From assembly GCA_018715775.1 (NCBI GenBank), contig DVKZ01000002.1, positions 253-64,252 on the forward strand: a DNA stretch of 64,000 nt, given 5' to 3'. The DNA comes from Candidatus Fimousia stercorigallinarum (GTDB lineage Bacteria; Bacillota; Clostridia; Lachnospirales; Lachnospiraceae). How positions within the stretch are numbered: position 1 is the stretch's first letter; each line of letters starts with the position of its first letter. Below are positions 62,099 through 64,000 of this stretch, one piece after another. Under the pieces are notes generated by a model that was not told where the DNA came from, did not search any database, and saw nothing but the letters and a program-made list of their open reading frames with translations. The position numbers were made by a program, and so were the translations under genes.

Positions 62099-63127
62099 AT
62101 GGAATTAACAACAAGAAAGAAGAAAATATTACATGCGATCATCATGAACTATCTTGAAACGGGTGAGCCCGTAGGATCGCGAACGATTTCCAAAAGTCCC
62201 GATATTAAGCTCTCATCTGCTACGATTCGCAATGAGATGGCAGACTTGGAAGAGATGGGTCTGATTCTCCAACCTTATACATCAGCCGGAAGAATCCCCT
62301 CAGATCTGGGGTATCGTTATTATGTCGATCAGCTGATGCAGGAAAAGGAAGCTGAGGAAGATAAAAGGGAAGCATTGCTCCAGAAGGTTGACAGAATGGA
62401 AGCAATGTTAGAACAGGTTGCTTCCGTGCTGGCCTCTAATACGAATTATGCGACGATGGTTACAGCACCTCAATATAAAAATTCGCATGTAAAATTTGTT
62501 CAGTTATCCCAGGTAGATGAAGAAAGTCTTTTGGCAGTCATCGTCATTGAAAGGAATGTGGTTAAGAATCATCTGATCCGTGTTCCGGAACCTTTGATGA
62601 ATGACGAGGTTCTGAAAATGAATGTTCTTTTGAACAGCTTTTTACAGGGATTGAGTTTACGGGATATTAATTTGGAATTGATCGAGACGATGAAAGTTCA
62701 GGCAGGAATTCATTCCGATATTTTAGATTGTGTTCTGCAGGGAATTATCGACGCGATCAAGGAAGCGGACGAACTTGAGGTTTATACAAGCGGAACGACG
62801 AATATTTTCAAATATCCGGAACTTGGCAATCCGGAAACCGCAACAAAGCTGCTGGATACGCTCGTCGAGAAAAAAGCATTGACAAAATTTGTAGATGAAG
62901 CTCAGGATGCCGATGAAGATCATACGGGAATCCAGGTTTATATCGGCAATGAAATGAATATGCAGAATATGGAAGATTGTAGTCTTGTAACGGCTACCTA
63001 TGAATTAGATGGAGGTGGAATGGGAACGATTGGTATCATCGGTCCGAAACGCATGAATTATTCAAAGGTAGTAAAGACTTTAAAAAATCTGACCGGTGAG
63101 TTGGATGAGATATTTAAAAAGAAGTGA
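62099..63127 (+). CDS. hrcA: Heat-inducible repressor HrcA
   Basis: EPVGSR, SSATIRNEMADLE, SAGRIPS, IIGPKRMNY. Confidence 0.96.
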   Translation: MELTTRKKKILHAIIMNYLETGEPVGSRTISKSPDIKLSSATIRNEMADLEEMGLILQPYTSAGRIPSDLGYRYYVDQLMQEKEAEEDKREALLQKVDRMEAMLEQVASVLASNTNYATMVTAPQYKNSHVKFVQLSQVDEESLLAVIVIERNVVKNHLIRVPEPLMNDEVLKMNVLLNSFLQGLSLRDINLELIETMKVQAGIHSDILDCVLQGIIDAIKEADELEVYTSGTTNIFKYPELGNPETATKLLDTLVEKKALTKFVDEAQDADEDHTGIQVYIGNEMNMQNMEDCSLVTATYELDGGGMGTIGIIGPKRMNYSKVVKTLKNLTGELDEIFKKK

Positions 63128-63148
63128 TGAAAGAAAGGTGGACCATCT

Positions 63149-63712
63149 GTGGAAAAGAAAATGAATGATGAAGCAATGGAACAAGAAATTGTGGAAGAAG
63201 TGACAGAAGAAAAAAAAGCACAGACGGAAGAAGAAGTTACAGAAGATACTTCCGAACATTCAGAAGATAAACAAGATCCAAAAGATAAGAAGATTGAGGA
63301 ACTCAATGATCGTTATCAGCGGTTGATGGCTGAATTCGAAAATGCCAGAAAACGCATGGCAAAAGAATCCATGCAGAAGTATGACATGGGAGCAAAAGAT
63401 GTTTTAGAAAAACTGCTCCCAGTGGTAGATAACTTTGAAAGAGGACTTGCAGCCGTAAAGGATGAAGAAAAAGGCAGTCCATTCGTTCAGGGTGTGGAAG
63501 CGATTTATAAACAGCTGATGACAACCTTAGAAGGACTCGGGGTTGCTCCGATGAATGCGGAAGGCAAGGAATTTAATCCGGATCTTCACAATGCGGTAAT
63601 GCATATAGAAGATGAATCTTTTGAAGAAAATGTTGTAGCAGAAGAATTACAGAAAGGCTATATGTATAAAGACAGTGTTCTTCGCCACAGCATGGTAAAA
63701 GTTGCTAACTAA
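63149..63712 (+). CDS. grpE: Nucleotide exchange factor GrpE
   Basis: AEFENARKR, LLPVVDNFER, FNPDLHNAV, KGY...LR..MVKV. Confidence 0.96.
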   Translation: MEKKMNDEAMEQEIVEEVTEEKKAQTEEEVTEDTSEHSEDKQDPKDKKIEELNDRYQRLMAEFENARKRMAKESMQKYDMGAKDVLEKLLPVVDNFERGLAAVKDEEKGSPFVQGVEAIYKQLMTTLEGLGVAPMNAEGKEFNPDLHNAVMHIEDESFEENVVAEELQKGYMYKDSVLRHSMVKVAN

Positions 63713-63753
63713 CCATTATTATATAGAAATAATCAAGAAAGACAGATATTTAG

Positions 63754-64000
<247 letters not shown>

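Overview
A 64-kb stretch of a low-GC Firmicute chromosome, probably a spore-forming Lachnospiraceae member (inferred from gene content and order). Most of it is housekeeping: ppdK, rimM-trmD-rplS-lepB-ylqF-rnhB, der-plsY-spoIVA, gmk-rpoZ, tRNA-Leu, polA-coaE, T-box-tyrS, a Na+-translocating decarboxylase cluster and CIRCE-hrcA-grpE-dnaK. Three accessory zones stand out. (1) A canonical FMN riboswitch controls an FGGY sugar kinase rather than a rib gene. (2) A LysR-linked cluster resembles the Listeria qui (quinate/shikimate) genes and lies beside an internally deleted IS1182-type element. (3) An island at about 49.4-57.0 kb carries agrC-agrA-agrB, a divergent 42-codon AgrD propeptide missing from the ORF track (predicted ring CNGKW), a LytTR direct-repeat site, a secreted cationic protein and an ABC exporter, and ends in IS debris. 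Also seen are a covarying two-copy RNA hairpin and a sigma-70 paralogue that lacks region 4. All family assignments come from motif recognition by eye; no searches were run.
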